Assembly (NCBI GenBank): GCA_963674945.2
Contig: CAXXWQ010000003.1
Location: 1,792,001 to 1,856,000, forward strand
DNA: 64,000 bases
Origin: an uncultured Desulfosarcina sp.
Lineage (GTDB): Bacteria > Desulfobacterota > Desulfobacteria > Desulfobacterales > Desulfosarcinaceae
Direction: 5' to 3'
Shown here: one piece after another, positions 47,793-57,450 of the stretch
How positions within the stretch are numbered: the stretch's first letter is position 1
Layout: each line of letters starts with the position of its first letter
Position numbers and translations under genes: made by a program
The notes under the pieces: generated by a model
Told to the model about the DNA's origin: nothing
The model's input: only the letters and a program-made list of their open reading frames with translations
Database searches by the model: none

Positions 47793-48980
47793 ATGATTGG
47801 CATATCAAAGCTGTACTGCGGAACCGTGGAACCTTCGGATGCACTCCGTTACGGTCGTCACTCGTCTACGTTGCCATCTCACCTTCTGCAATTTTCCAAG
47901 GACAAACGACCCGTGGTGGTATGGAACGTGACACAAAAATGTAACCTGCGTTGCGTTCACTGTTATGCCCAAGCCACGGAAGATTGTGTGACAAACGAAC
48001 TTTCCACCGAAGAAGGCAAGCGGTTGATCGATGATCTGGCACAGTTTGGAGCGCCGGTAATGCTCTTTTCCGGCGGTGAACCCCTGGCAAGGCGTGATCT
48101 TCCCGAATTGGCCGCCTACGCCGTCGAGAAGGGCATGCGGGCGGTGATCTCAACCAACGGAACATTAATCACCGCCGATCTGGCCAGAACGCTCAAATCC
48201 ATCGGACTGTCTTACGTCGGCATCAGTTTGGATGGCATGAGGGAGATCAACGACCGGTTCCGGGGGGTATCCGGTGCCTTCGACAAAGCCATGACGGGCA
48301 TTGAAAATTGTCAAACCGCCGGTATAAAGGTGGGACTGCGCTTCACCATCAACAAATTCAACGTAGATGAAATTCCGGCAATTTTCGATCTCTTGGAAGA
48401 GCGGGACATTCCCCGGGTCTGTTTCTATCACCTGGTCTATGCAGGAAGAGGGTCCAAGATGGTGGAAGAGGATTTGAGTCTGGCGGGAACCCGCAAAGCC
48501 GTGGATCTGATCATCGACCGGACCAAGACACTTTGCGACAAGGGTATATTCAAGGAAGTGCTGACCGTGGACAACCATGCCGACGGCCCCTATCTCTACC
48601 TGCGACTGTTGAAGGAAAATCCGGAACGTGCGGATCAAGTCCTCGAGCTGCTCAAAATGAACGAGGGAAACAACTCCGGCCGAGGCATCGGTTGCGTTAG
48701 CTGGGATGGCGAAGTCTATGCCGACCAGTTCTGGCGCCACCATAGTTTTGGAAACGTTCGCAAAAGGCCGTTTTCCCAAATCTGGACCCGGCCGGAAGAC
48801 GATCTTTTGCTAAAGCTCAAGGAAAAAAAGGCCCATGTGAAAGGTCGCTGTGCCTCATGCAGGTGGCTGGATGTGTGTGGCGGAAACTTCCGCGTTCGCG
48901 CAGAAGCGGTTACCGGAGACGTATGGGCCCCGGATCCGGCCTGCTATCTATCCGATGAAGAGATCTCCCAGACGCTGTAG
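47793..48980 (+). CDS. ahbC: 12,18-didecarboxysiroheme deacetylase (radical SAM, NirJ1-type)
   Basis: [10 protein letters not shown]...[40 protein letters not shown] Cys; next to hemB. Confidence 0.92.
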   Translation: MIGISKLYCGTVEPSDALRYGRHSSTLPSHLLQFSKDKRPVVVWNVTQKCNLRCVHCYAQATEDCVTNELSTEEGKRLIDDLAQFGAPVMLFSGGEPLARRDLPELAAYAVEKGMRAVISTNGTLITADLARTLKSIGLSYVGISLDGMREINDRFRGVSGAFDKAMTGIENCQTAGIKVGLRFTINKFNVDEIPAIFDLLEERDIPRVCFYHLVYAGRGSKMVEEDLSLAGTRKAVDLIIDRTKTLCDKGIFKEVLTVDNHADGPYLYLRLLKENPERADQVLELLKMNEGNNSGRGIGCVSWDGEVYADQFWRHHSFGNVRKRPFSQIWTRPEDDLLLKLKEKKAHVKGRCASCRWLDVCGGNFRVRAEAVTGDVWAPDPACYLSDEEISQTL

Positions 48981-49003
48981 ACAAGAAAGCCAGGAGTGAA
49001 TAT

Positions 49004-49978
49004 ATGTTGTTTCCCGACTATCGCCCCAGACGACTACGACGAAATGAAACCATACGAAAGATGGTCCGAGAGACGGTGCTAACCGTCAACGACTTGGTTC
49101 TCCCGCTGTTTGCCATTGATGGCAAGGACGTGAAAAATCCCATCGACTCCATGCCCGGCAACTATCAGCTCTCTGTCGACAATCTTGAAAAAGTGGCCAA
49201 ACAGGCCTTCGACATGGGAATTCCCGGCGTGATTCTGTTCGGCATCCCATCCAAAAAAGATCCTTTGGGCACCCAGGCCTATGCGAAGAACGGAATCGTG
49301 CAAAAAACGGTCCGCGCCCTGAAGGACAAAATTCCGGAGTTGGTGATCATCACCGACGTCTGCCTGTGTGAATATACCGATCACGGTCATTGCGGCTTCG
49401 TCGACAATGGACACGTGGACAACGACGCCACGTTGGACCTGCTGGCCAAAACCGCCTTGTCCCACGCCCAGGCCGGAGCGGATATGGTGGCTCCGTCGGA
49501 CATGATGGATGGACGAGTGGCGGAGATTCGGTCGGTACTGGATGAAAACGACTTTTCACAGATTCCCATCATGTCCTACGCGGCCAAATACTGCTCCGCA
49601 TTCTACGGTCCATTTCGCGAGGCTGCGGAAAGTGCCCCGAAATTCGGCGACCGCCGAACCTATCAGATGGATCCGGCCAATGCCAGGGAGGCCATCCGGG
49701 AAGTGACCATGGACGTGGAGGAAGGCGCCGATATTATTATGGTAAAACCAGCCCTGGCCTATCTTGACATTATCAGTCGGGTCCGCGACGAAGTGGACCT
49801 TCCCGTTGCCGCTTATAATGTCAGCGGTGAGTTTTCCATGATCAAGGCGGCTGAAAAAATGGGCTGGATCGATGGTCCCAAGGTGATGATGGAAACGCTC
49901 ACTGCCATCAAGAGAGCCGGCGCCGATATTATATTGACCTATTTTGCCATGGAAGCTGCGGCCCTGATCAGCGACTGA
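49004..49978 (+). CDS. hemB: porphobilinogen synthase (ALA dehydratase)
   Basis: [39 protein letters not shown]. Confidence 0.97.
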   Translation: MLFPDYRPRRLRRNETIRKMVRETVLTVNDLVLPLFAIDGKDVKNPIDSMPGNYQLSVDNLEKVAKQAFDMGIPGVILFGIPSKKDPLGTQAYAKNGIVQKTVRALKDKIPELVIITDVCLCEYTDHGHCGFVDNGHVDNDATLDLLAKTALSHAQAGADMVAPSDMMDGRVAEIRSVLDENDFSQIPIMSYAAKYCSAFYGPFREAAESAPKFGDRRTYQMDPANAREAIREVTMDVEEGADIIMVKPALAYLDIISRVRDEVDLPVAAYNVSGEFSMIKAAEKMGWIDGPKVMMETLTAIKRAGADIILTYFAMEAAALISD

Positions 49979-49996
49979 CAGTAAAAGGTAAAAACC

Positions 49997-51109
49997 ATGT
50001 CCCCACATCCCCATACAGACAAACCTGCCGGGCCACACGCTCCCGGAAAGAAAAACACCTTGCGACTCGTGGCCTGGGAGACCACGAGAAACTGCAATCT
50101 CTCTTGCATTCATTGCCGTGCCTCCGCCACCAACGGCCCCTATACGGGAGAATTATCGACGGATCAGGCCTTTCGCCTGTTGGACCAGATCGCCGAAGTG
50201 GCAAAACCGATCATCATTCTCACCGGTGGTGAACCGCTATTGCGAAATGATATCTTCGACATTGCCGAATATGGCGATGGATTGGGGCTTCGAATGGTCA
50301 TGGCGCCAAACGGGACCTTGATCACCCGAGAAGTTGCCCATCGGATGGCGGCTTCCGGTATCCAGCGCATCAGCGCCAGTATTGACGGGGCGACAAAAGC
50401 GGTCCACGACCGATTCCGCGGCGTTGACGGTGCATTCGATGCCGCCATCAAGGGAATCGAGCATGTGAAGGCTGCGGGGATCGAATTTCAGATCAACACC
50501 ACCATCACCAAATCCAATCTGGAACAGATTCCCAAGATTCTCGAATTGGCCGAAGAGTTGGGTGCAGTGGCACATCATATTTTCTTGTTGGTTCCCACGG
50601 GAAGGGGAAAGTACATCGTCGATCAGGCCATCGATGCGAAGGCATACGAAGAGACGCTAAATTGGTTTTACGACCAACGGGAAAAGACCACTTTGCAGCT
50701 AAAGGCCACGTGTGCCCCCCATTATTACCGTATTCTCCGTCAACGGGCCAAGGCGGAAGGAAAAACCATTTCTTTTCAAAGCCATGGACTCGATGCCGTC
50801 ACGAGGGGTTGTCTTGCCGGTACGGGATTCTGTTTCATTTCCCACACCGGCATCGTGCAGCCGTGCGGGTACACGGATGTGGCGTGTGGCGATATCACCA
50901 AGACCGACTTTGCAGCGGTGTGGAACCACGCCCCTGTTTTTCAGAGGCTTCGCGATTTTCGGCAATTAGAGGGAAAATGCGGACGTTGCGAATACCGTGC
51001 CGTCTGCGGCGGATGCCGCGCACGGGCATTCGAGGCAACTGGCAATTACATGGCCGAAGAACCTTTGTGCGCCTATCAACCGGAAAAAGCCGCACCATCC
51101 ATTGCATGA
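49997..51109 (+). CDS. ahbD: AdoMet-dependent heme b synthase (radical SAM, NirJ2-type)
   Basis: LRLVAWETTRNCNLSCIHCRA, FLLVPTGRG, KATCAPHYYR, GCLAG, CGRCEY..CGGCRARA. Confidence 0.92.
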   Translation: MSPHPHTDKPAGPHAPGKKNTLRLVAWETTRNCNLSCIHCRASATNGPYTGELSTDQAFRLLDQIAEVAKPIIILTGGEPLLRNDIFDIAEYGDGLGLRMVMAPNGTLITREVAHRMAASGIQRISASIDGATKAVHDRFRGVDGAFDAAIKGIEHVKAAGIEFQINTTITKSNLEQIPKILELAEELGAVAHHIFLLVPTGRGKYIVDQAIDAKAYEETLNWFYDQREKTTLQLKATCAPHYYRILRQRAKAEGKTISFQSHGLDAVTRGCLAGTGFCFISHTGIVQPCGYTDVACGDITKTDFAAVWNHAPVFQRLRDFRQLEGKCGRCEYRAVCGGCRARAFEATGNYMAEEPLCAYQPEKAAPSIA

Positions 51110-51127
51110 CGGCTCCGTAAAAAGTCC
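51107..51127. repeat. solo end of the MITE family, overlapping the ahbD stop codon
   Basis: TGACGGCTCCGTAAAAAGTCC matches the reverse complement of 30540-30560 at 19/21. Confidence 0.65.
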
Positions 51128-51167
51128 TTTTAACTTGTGTTAATGAACGAGTCCCTTAGAAGTCCGA

Positions 51168-51785
51168 TTAATAGGCACGCAGTTGGAAGCTGATTTGCCG
51201 GTGAAGGCGATTGATTAGATCTTTCATGATTTCAGATTGATAATCGGTAATCGACATAAACTGCACCCCAACGCCATCTTCCTCTTGGCGAACAACGCAC
51301 CCTTTCAATTTCAAGGACAGATGATCGTCTGTGATGGTGAAACAGATGGAGAGACGCTGCCCCGTGTCGAAGCGCTCGAAACTTTCCACGAACATGCCCC
51401 CGACACTGATATCCATGGCGAAACAGTTGATGGCCCTTCCATTGGTCACCAGGTCCAAGGTAATTTGGCAGGGAACCCGTGGGTACTGCCGGAGCATGGC
51501 GAACTGTTTCTCTTCGTACCGTTTCATGAAATGAATCAGGTCCTGTTCCGACAATTGATGTATCAATAAAAATATGCGGGCAACGAGCAGTTGTCGATCT
51601 TTCATGTCTACACGATTACCCTTTCGAAATTTTGGTATCTGCAGCAATTCAGACTTTTCACGAACGCCCAGGTCCGAAAAAAGGGGAAGCACCGACACCA
51701 ATTGTTCATCCGTCATTTTGTAGATAGCGATGGAAAGACGGGTGACAAGCTTTTTCAGATTCGCCTGTCCGATGGTATCTTTCAT
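51168..51785 (-). CDS. PilZ domain protein
   Basis: RQYPR and DISVGG c-di-GMP motifs, GVGVQF; GGAG SD. Confidence 0.85.
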   Translation of the reverse strand: MKDTIGQANLKKLVTRLSIAIYKMTDEQLVSVLPLFSDLGVREKSELLQIPKFRKGNRVDMKDRQLLVARIFLLIHQLSEQDLIHFMKRYEEKQFAMLRQYPRVPCQITLDLVTNGRAINCFAMDISVGGMFVESFERFDTGQRLSICFTITDDHLSLKLKGCVVRQEEDGVGVQFMSITDYQSEIMKDLINRLHRQISFQLRAY

Positions 51786-52257
51786 CGATACGATCTCCAT
51801 ATATGGGTACAAAAACGAAAAAGATTTTATCTCCAATGCAAGAAAAAGATCAAGTATCAATGAAATGATACGATATAGAACTAAACGAGCTTACGATGGG
51901 ATCGAAAATCCGTTTCCATAGATGTAGCGTTTTGGCCGAAGGTTTCGAACCCAAATGATCATTTAAAAAAAACGGATTGCCGATGAAAGCGTTATTGAAA
52001 CAGGCATTAGAAATAATAAAAAGCTTGAAAAATCAATAACAAAAAGGGTATTAGAGATAATTACACCTTTTATGACCTTCCCACATCGATATGATTCGTT
52101 TTTGTAACGGCAAGAGGCGAAACCAATCGCCCGGGGGAAAGAATCGTAAGTTACAATGGTGGCGAGACAAGCCTCCAAACCAATACAGATACCGGTGAGG
52201 GCTTGGATGAGGCGGTCACTTTCAAGACAGAATTGAACTAGCAAGGAGGAAGAGACT

Positions 52258-52653
52258 TTGTCGTATATCCTTGATCAAGAGCAACTGGACGGTTTGGAAG
52301 AAGCGTTGACTTCCGATTTGATGACGCTGGGTCTGCAATCCGTTATCCTCATTGACATGGCCGGCAATGTCATCGTTAACCTTGATGATGGCAATGTGCA
52401 CCATGATGTCTATTCCTTGGCGGCATTGGCGGCCGGAAATTTTGGTGCCGTGAACGCGATGGCTTCCATCATCGGTGAAGAAGAGTTCTCCCTTCTCTTT
52501 CATAAAGGAAAGAGCGAGAACATAAACTTCACGAAAATCATGGATGATTTTCTTCTGGTGTCAATTTTCGGAAACGATGTTTCATTGGGGTATTTAAGGC
52601 TTAAAATCGATGAGGTGATAAAGAAAATCAAGGAGCTGATTAATCGGGCGTAG
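52258..52653 (+). CDS. mglB: MglB-like roadblock/LC7 protein (GAP)
   Basis: LIDMAGN, SLAALAAGN, GEEEF..LFHKG, SLGYLRLKI; AAGGAG SD with TTG start. Confidence 0.88.
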   Translation: MSYILDQEQLDGLEEALTSDLMTLGLQSVILIDMAGNVIVNLDDGNVHHDVYSLAALAAGNFGAVNAMASIIGEEEFSLLFHKGKSENINFTKIMDDFLLVSIFGNDVSLGYLRLKIDEVIKKIKELINRA

Positions 52654-52737
52654 CATGAAAGCCCCATCACGTAATTGAATCGGCCCTTTTTTCGCCGGGC
52701 TGTACTACCCGAATCCAATCAAATACGGGACGAAAGC

Positions 52738-53343
52738 ATGGCGTTCATCAATACAAAGACGAAGGAAGTTCAGGTAAAAATTGTCTATGTAGGTCCCGGA
52801 AGGGGAGGCAAAACGACCAATCTGGAGTATATCTTCAGCAAGATTCGTCATCGCATCGAATCGGATATGGTCAGTATCAAAACCCAGGGAGACCGGACCT
52901 TATTCTTCGATTTTTTGCCCTTTGAATTAGGTGTTATCAAAGATTACTACGTGAAAACACAGTTGTATACGGTTCCTGGCCAAATCAAGTACAATGCAAC
53001 CCGAAAACTCGTATTGAAAGGCGTGGACGGAATTGTTTTCGTTGCAGACTCCTTGGTTGAACGACGGGAAAACAATATTCATTCTCTGGAAAATTTGGAA
53101 AGTAATTTACAATTTCACGAACTCGACATCAATACGATTCCAATTGTTTTTCAATATAACAAACGCGACATGGCAAAACAGGGCATTCCGATTCTCGATG
53201 TTGAGACCATGGAGAAAGACCTCAACGAAAAACTAAAGGCGCCAAGTTTCACTGCCAGTGCCCTGACGGGAGAAAATGTCGTTCATACTGCGAAAGCCGC
53301 TATCTCGCGGACAATTGTGGCGGTCCGGGATAAACTTCTTTAG
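52738..53343 (+). CDS. mglA: MglA-like small Ras-family GTPase
   Basis: KIVY.GPG..GKTTNL, DRTLFFDF, LYTVPGQ, GVDGIVFVADS, QYNKRD. Confidence 0.93.
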   Translation: MAFINTKTKEVQVKIVYVGPGRGGKTTNLEYIFSKIRHRIESDMVSIKTQGDRTLFFDFLPFELGVIKDYYVKTQLYTVPGQIKYNATRKLVLKGVDGIVFVADSLVERRENNIHSLENLESNLQFHELDINTIPIVFQYNKRDMAKQGIPILDVETMEKDLNEKLKAPSFTASALTGENVVHTAKAAISRTIVAVRDKLL

Positions 53344-53354
53344 GAGGTGCCGAA

Positions 53355-53957
53355 GTGGACAATAATGCAAAGGATACATTCGCCTTTGATCTGGAAAATC
53401 GTCTCGATGATTTCTTTAGTGATTCCGAGCCTCCCCCGGATGCGGCACCGGAACTCGAAGATGACTTTATTCTAAAGGATTTGAAGTCGGCGGTGCTGGC
53501 CATCGACTGGGAAATCACCGATGATGCACTCGATGATTTCATCACACAGCTCCACAACCTGGAGGAACCATTTGAGAAAGACAAGGTAAACCAGACGTTC
53601 CTCAAAATACAGATCGCACTGGCGAAATATCTTCGTCTCCACAAGTCGAAGGCACATCCAGATGCCATAAAATGTGTGATGGCCGTCTATTCGGCCCTGG
53701 AAAAAGCGGTTACCGAAACGGAACTGAGCCAGGGTGAAAAGGAGGAGATGCTGGCGGAGCAGGTGAAACGATTCAAACAGTTAAAGGCGATGATTTTCCA
53801 GTCTAAATCTGCAACATCCAAGGCAAGCGACGAAGGCCCGTCGTCGAAAAAGCTGCCGGACATGGACAAACTGATCGACGCCATTGCTGATCTCAAATCA
53901 ACGGTTTTGCAGGAGATTGCAGCCATTCGAAAGGAGATCGAACAGCTGCAAAAATAG
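53355..53957 (+). CDS. acidic helical hypothetical protein (IDWEI motif)
   Basis: AGGAGG SD, GTG start 11 nt after mglA; LKSAVLAIDWEITD; C-terminal coiled coil. Confidence 0.8.
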   Translation: MDNNAKDTFAFDLENRLDDFFSDSEPPPDAAPELEDDFILKDLKSAVLAIDWEITDDALDDFITQLHNLEEPFEKDKVNQTFLKIQIALAKYLRLHKSKAHPDAIKCVMAVYSALEKAVTETELSQGEKEEMLAEQVKRFKQLKAMIFQSKSATSKASDEGPSSKKLPDMDKLIDAIADLKSTVLQEIAAIRKEIEQLQK

Positions 53958-54018
53958 GTTTTCGATCCCACCCACCGACAGCACCAGGAAATCCAAACGC
54001 ACGGGCGCACTTTCCGGC

Positions 54019-55062
54019 TCAAGGCCGAAGGATCGTATCAATGCCTTGGACGTTATCTGTTGATGCCCCCAGGGCCAGACGATCATCCACCAGACCGGTT
54101 ATATCTGCATTTTCAATCAATTGGTATCGGACCATGAGATCGGCGATTTCCTGAAGTCCCGATTCTTTCGGGACGAACCGATCGTATATGATCCTGCCTT
54201 TCGGAACGCGCAGAGCATACCCAACGACATCGATGGTTTGGTTCCAGTAACCGGAAACAATCCGCGCCGCTTCGTCAGGATTTCGGCTGGCCCACAGGCC
54301 TGCACGAATCGCCGATTCGACGAGTTTCTTCGCTTCCACCGGGTTGTCGTCGAGCCATTGTTTTTTCACCAATACGAGGTTGCATATGAAATTGGGCCAC
54401 ATGGATTCCGCATGGGCGATCACATCCGCCCTGCCCCCATATACCGTTTGGGCGGCAAAGGGTTCACCGACAAAATAGGCGTCCAGAGTTCCGGCGGTCA
54501 GGGCCGCAGCCATATCCGGCGGGTTCATCTCCACGACCCGAATCGTCCCGGTAAGCCCCTTTTCCTCAATCTCTCGCTGCAATGCGAGATTATGTCCCGA
54601 GTAGCGCATGGGCACGGCGATCGTGCTTCCCGAAAGGGATGTAAGGCCTCTTGCGTTAAGTGTCTTTCTGGCCACAAGTGTACTTTCGTTGCGGTTGCCG
54701 ATTAAAACCACTTTCACGTCAGCACCCTGCTGGCGAAGCACCACGGCCAACGGCGCGATGATAAACGCCACTTGGATGCTGTCATTTCGCAAGGCCTCTG
54801 CCATTTCTGCGAATGACGCAAATTTAATGGATTCAAAACGAATTTCCCCGCCGTCCTTCGTCACGTGATCCAAAATCGGGGCAGCCAGATTGGTGACTAC
54901 AGGCATATATCCCATTCGAATCAACTTCTGCGCCCTTTCGTCATCGTTCAGGCGATGGTGAAGCCAGGAGATGAAGAGCAGCCAGACCAGAAAGCACAGA
55001 AACAATCGAAGTGAAAGTGGCCACCTAAAAAATGTAGATAGACCGTTTTCCCTATACGGCAT
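54019..55062 (-). CDS. NitT/TauT-family ABC substrate-binding protein, membrane-anchored
   Basis: IRMGYMP, F.SF.EM.EAL, IAVP..YSGHN, MNPPDM..AL..G.LDAYFVGEPF. Confidence 0.88.
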   Translation of the reverse strand: MPYRENGLSTFFRWPLSLRLFLCFLVWLLFISWLHHRLNDDERAQKLIRMGYMPVVTNLAAPILDHVTKDGGEIRFESIKFASFAEMAEALRNDSIQVAFIIAPLAVVLRQQGADVKVVLIGNRNESTLVARKTLNARGLTSLSGSTIAVPMRYSGHNLALQREIEEKGLTGTIRVVEMNPPDMAAALTAGTLDAYFVGEPFAAQTVYGGRADVIAHAESMWPNFICNLVLVKKQWLDDNPVEAKKLVESAIRAGLWASRNPDEAARIVSGYWNQTIDVVGYALRVPKGRIIYDRFVPKESGLQEIADLMVRYQLIENADITGLVDDRLALGASTDNVQGIDTILRP

Positions 55063-55849
55063 AATTCACTCCCATCAACAGAAACAACTCGTCTCTCAAT
55101 CGATGCAGGGCATCGGATTTTTCAAAATGCCTGGGACGTGGAAAGTCGAGTCTGCGATCCATTACCACACTTGTAGGGGATTTTCCTAAAATTACAATAC
55201 GATCGCCCATGATCAGGGAGTCGTCGATGTTATGTGTGACCAACAAAATGGTGCTATTGATAAATGTGTGCATGTTTACCACTTCCTCTCGCATTTTCAT
55301 ATGCGTGAGGAAATCGAGACCGCTAAAAGGTTCGTCCATGATCATGATGTCAGGATTTACAGCCAGTGCCCGTGCAAGTTCGGCCCGGCGCTGCATACCA
55401 CCCGAAAGCTGTCTGGGATAGTGCTGCTCGAATCCTTCCAATTCAACCATTTCGATGTATTCCATCACCCGCTCCTGCTTCTCCCTTTCGTTTTTCAAGC
55501 GACGAAGCCCCAAACTGACATTTTCGGCCACGGTCAGCCAAGGGAACAGACCACTGTGCTGGAATACGAAAATATGATCCGCCGAAGGCCCTTTTACTGT
55601 TTTACCATCGATTTTTACGCTACCCTTCGTGGGTGATTCGAATCCGGCGATAATTTTGAGCAATGTCGATTTTCCACAACCGGACGGGCCTAAGATACAA
55701 ACCATCTCTCCATCGGTAATTCGAATGTCGATATCCGATAATACGGAAATGAAATCTCCTTGCCGCTGGTCTGAATCACCTTCACACCGAGGGATCCTGC
55801 GGCGATTCACATATGACTTGCTCAGTTTTTCAATGGAAATATTACCCAT
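55052..55849 (-). CDS. NitT/TauT-family ABC ATPase
   Basis: GPSGCGKST, LFPWLTV, LSGGMQRR, MDEPF, VTH. Confidence 0.94.
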   Translation of the reverse strand: MGNISIEKLSKSYVNRRRIPRCEGDSDQRQGDFISVLSDIDIRITDGEMVCILGPSGCGKSTLLKIIAGFESPTKGSVKIDGKTVKGPSADHIFVFQHSGLFPWLTVAENVSLGLRRLKNEREKQERVMEYIEMVELEGFEQHYPRQLSGGMQRRAELARALAVNPDIMIMDEPFSGLDFLTHMKMREEVVNMHTFINSTILLVTHNIDDSLIMGDRIVILGKSPTSVVMDRRLDFPRPRHFEKSDALHRLRDELFLLMGVNYAV

Positions 55850-55858
55850 TCCTCTCCC

Positions 55859-56671
55859 TTATTCCATCGTCACACGCCAATTTATGGATTCCAATTTCCC
55901 TAGTTTGTGCATGAAAAAATCCAGTGCCAGGCCGACCAGTCCGATGACGATCATGCCATCGATCACATAGTCCATGCGCAATGCATTTCTCGCATCCAGG
56001 ATCAAAAAACCGAGTCCCGACTGAACGGCAATCATCTCCGCAGCCACAACCACCAACCATGAGATGGTCACGGTCATCCGCAAAGCCGTGATCACGTCGG
56101 GAATGATTGCGGGAATCACGAGGCGAAACACGGTTTCGATCCGGGAAAAATTGAAGTTGGATGCCACATAAAAATAGGTGGGGTTGATATTGTCCACGGC
56201 GATCGTAGTGGAGACGGCCATGGGAAAAAAACTGGATAGAAATATCAGGAAGACCGCCGGAGGATCACCGATACCGAACCACAACATGGCCAAGGGAATC
56301 CATGCCAGGGGAGATACCGGACGTAAAAATTGAATCAATGGATTGATGATTGATCGAAAGCTTTTCGTCATGCCGACGGCAATCCCCACGGGGATCCCCA
56401 CGATTGCCGCCAGATAGAAACCCAGTGTGACACGATACAAACTGGCAACGGTGTGCCTGAGAAGTCTTCCGTCGACGATCAGTTCAACCAAACTCTTCAG
56501 CACCAGGACAGGTCCTGGGAATACTCGGCTGTTCCAACCACTGTAACGACTGAGCAACTCCCAAAGGAGAAAAAGCACGGCAAAACCGAAAAAAGGCAAT
56601 ATATGTGCAAGAAATTTTTTTTCGGTCTCTTTTTTCTCTCCAATCATGATTGAATTTTCAAGATTGGTCAT
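55859..56671 (-). CDS. NitT/TauT-family ABC permease
   Basis: SLYRV..G, LRPVSPLAWIPL, W..VVAAEMI...GLG. Confidence 0.92.
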   Translation of the reverse strand: MTNLENSIMIGEKKETEKKFLAHILPFFGFAVLFLLWELLSRYSGWNSRVFPGPVLVLKSLVELIVDGRLLRHTVASLYRVTLGFYLAAIVGIPVGIAVGMTKSFRSIINPLIQFLRPVSPLAWIPLAMLWFGIGDPPAVFLIFLSSFFPMAVSTTIAVDNINPTYFYVASNFNFSRIETVFRLVIPAIIPDVITALRMTVTISWLVVVAAEMIAVQSGLGFLILDARNALRMDYVIDGMIVIGLVGLALDFFMHKLGKLESINWRVTME

Positions 56672-56688
56672 ATTGAACCAAAAGGATA

Positions 56689-57450
56689 TCAGTAACTGTT
56701 ATAAATCAAATGAATTCCGATGAGCGTGAGAAGAAAAATGAAGACTTCCTTGAGTATTCTCTCATTAATCTTCTCGGCAAGCCGAGGGCCAACCTGACCG
56801 CCGATAATAACACCCGGGACGGCCCAAGCAAGCGCCCACAACTCCGCTTTTGCACCGAAGGCCAGATGAATGATGGCGGCAACGACGCATGTACCGAAAA
56901 TCGCCACAATACTGGTGGAAATGGCCGTTCGCATTTGCAGGTTCAATCGTCCCCGCATAAAGGGAACCAGCCACTCGCCGATGCTCACGCTGAGCATCCC
57001 GCTTGCGATGGCCATGGTCGAGACGATCCAGCCATATCGCCATGCCTGCTTCACCGGCACACGAAGCAAACCGGTATCGCTATATTTCTGATTGAACGAT
57101 ACGAAGATAAAGGCCGTCGTCAATGTCAAGATCCCCAATGCCAATTCCAGGTTGGCCGACGAAAGCGACCGGGTAAGCAATGCCCCGAAACCGAGACCGG
57201 GTAGGGTCACCACCAAAAAAAATCCGGCCAGATGAAGGTCCGGTGTTTTCCGTTTGATATAAGCGATGCTTCCCGATCCCATGCCGGCCGTTTGCACAAG
57301 CAGGGAAGTGACGATCGCCGTTTCGGCGGGCAGTTTCAGGAAAATGAGAAAAAAAGGCATCCATAGGATACCACCGCCGATGCCGACCGTCGAAACCAGG
57401 CCGGCGATGATCACACCCACTGGCAGAGCCCATGGCGTAAGGCCCATCAT
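56689..57450 (-). CDS. TauE/SafE (sulfite exporter / TSUP) family protein
   Basis: GIGGG..W.P, TSL, AISTS, G..IGGQ.G; about 8 TM. Confidence 0.88.
   Translation of the reverse strand: MMGLTPWALPVGVIIAGLVSTVGIGGGILWMPFFLIFLKLPAETAIVTSLLVQTAGMGSGSIAYIKRKTPDLHLAGFFLVVTLPGLGFGALLTRSLSSANLELALGILTLTTAFIFVSFNQKYSDTGLLRVPVKQAWRYGWIVSTMAIASGMLSVSIGEWLVPFMRGRLNLQMRTAISTSIVAIFGTCVVAAIIHLAFGAKAELWALAWAVPGVIIGGQVGPRLAEKINERILKEVFIFLLTLIGIHLIYNSY

Noticed and set aside
52081..52250. Possible c-di-GMP riboswitch upstream of mglB
   Set aside because: The GGCAAAC...GGGACGCAAAG core is absent.
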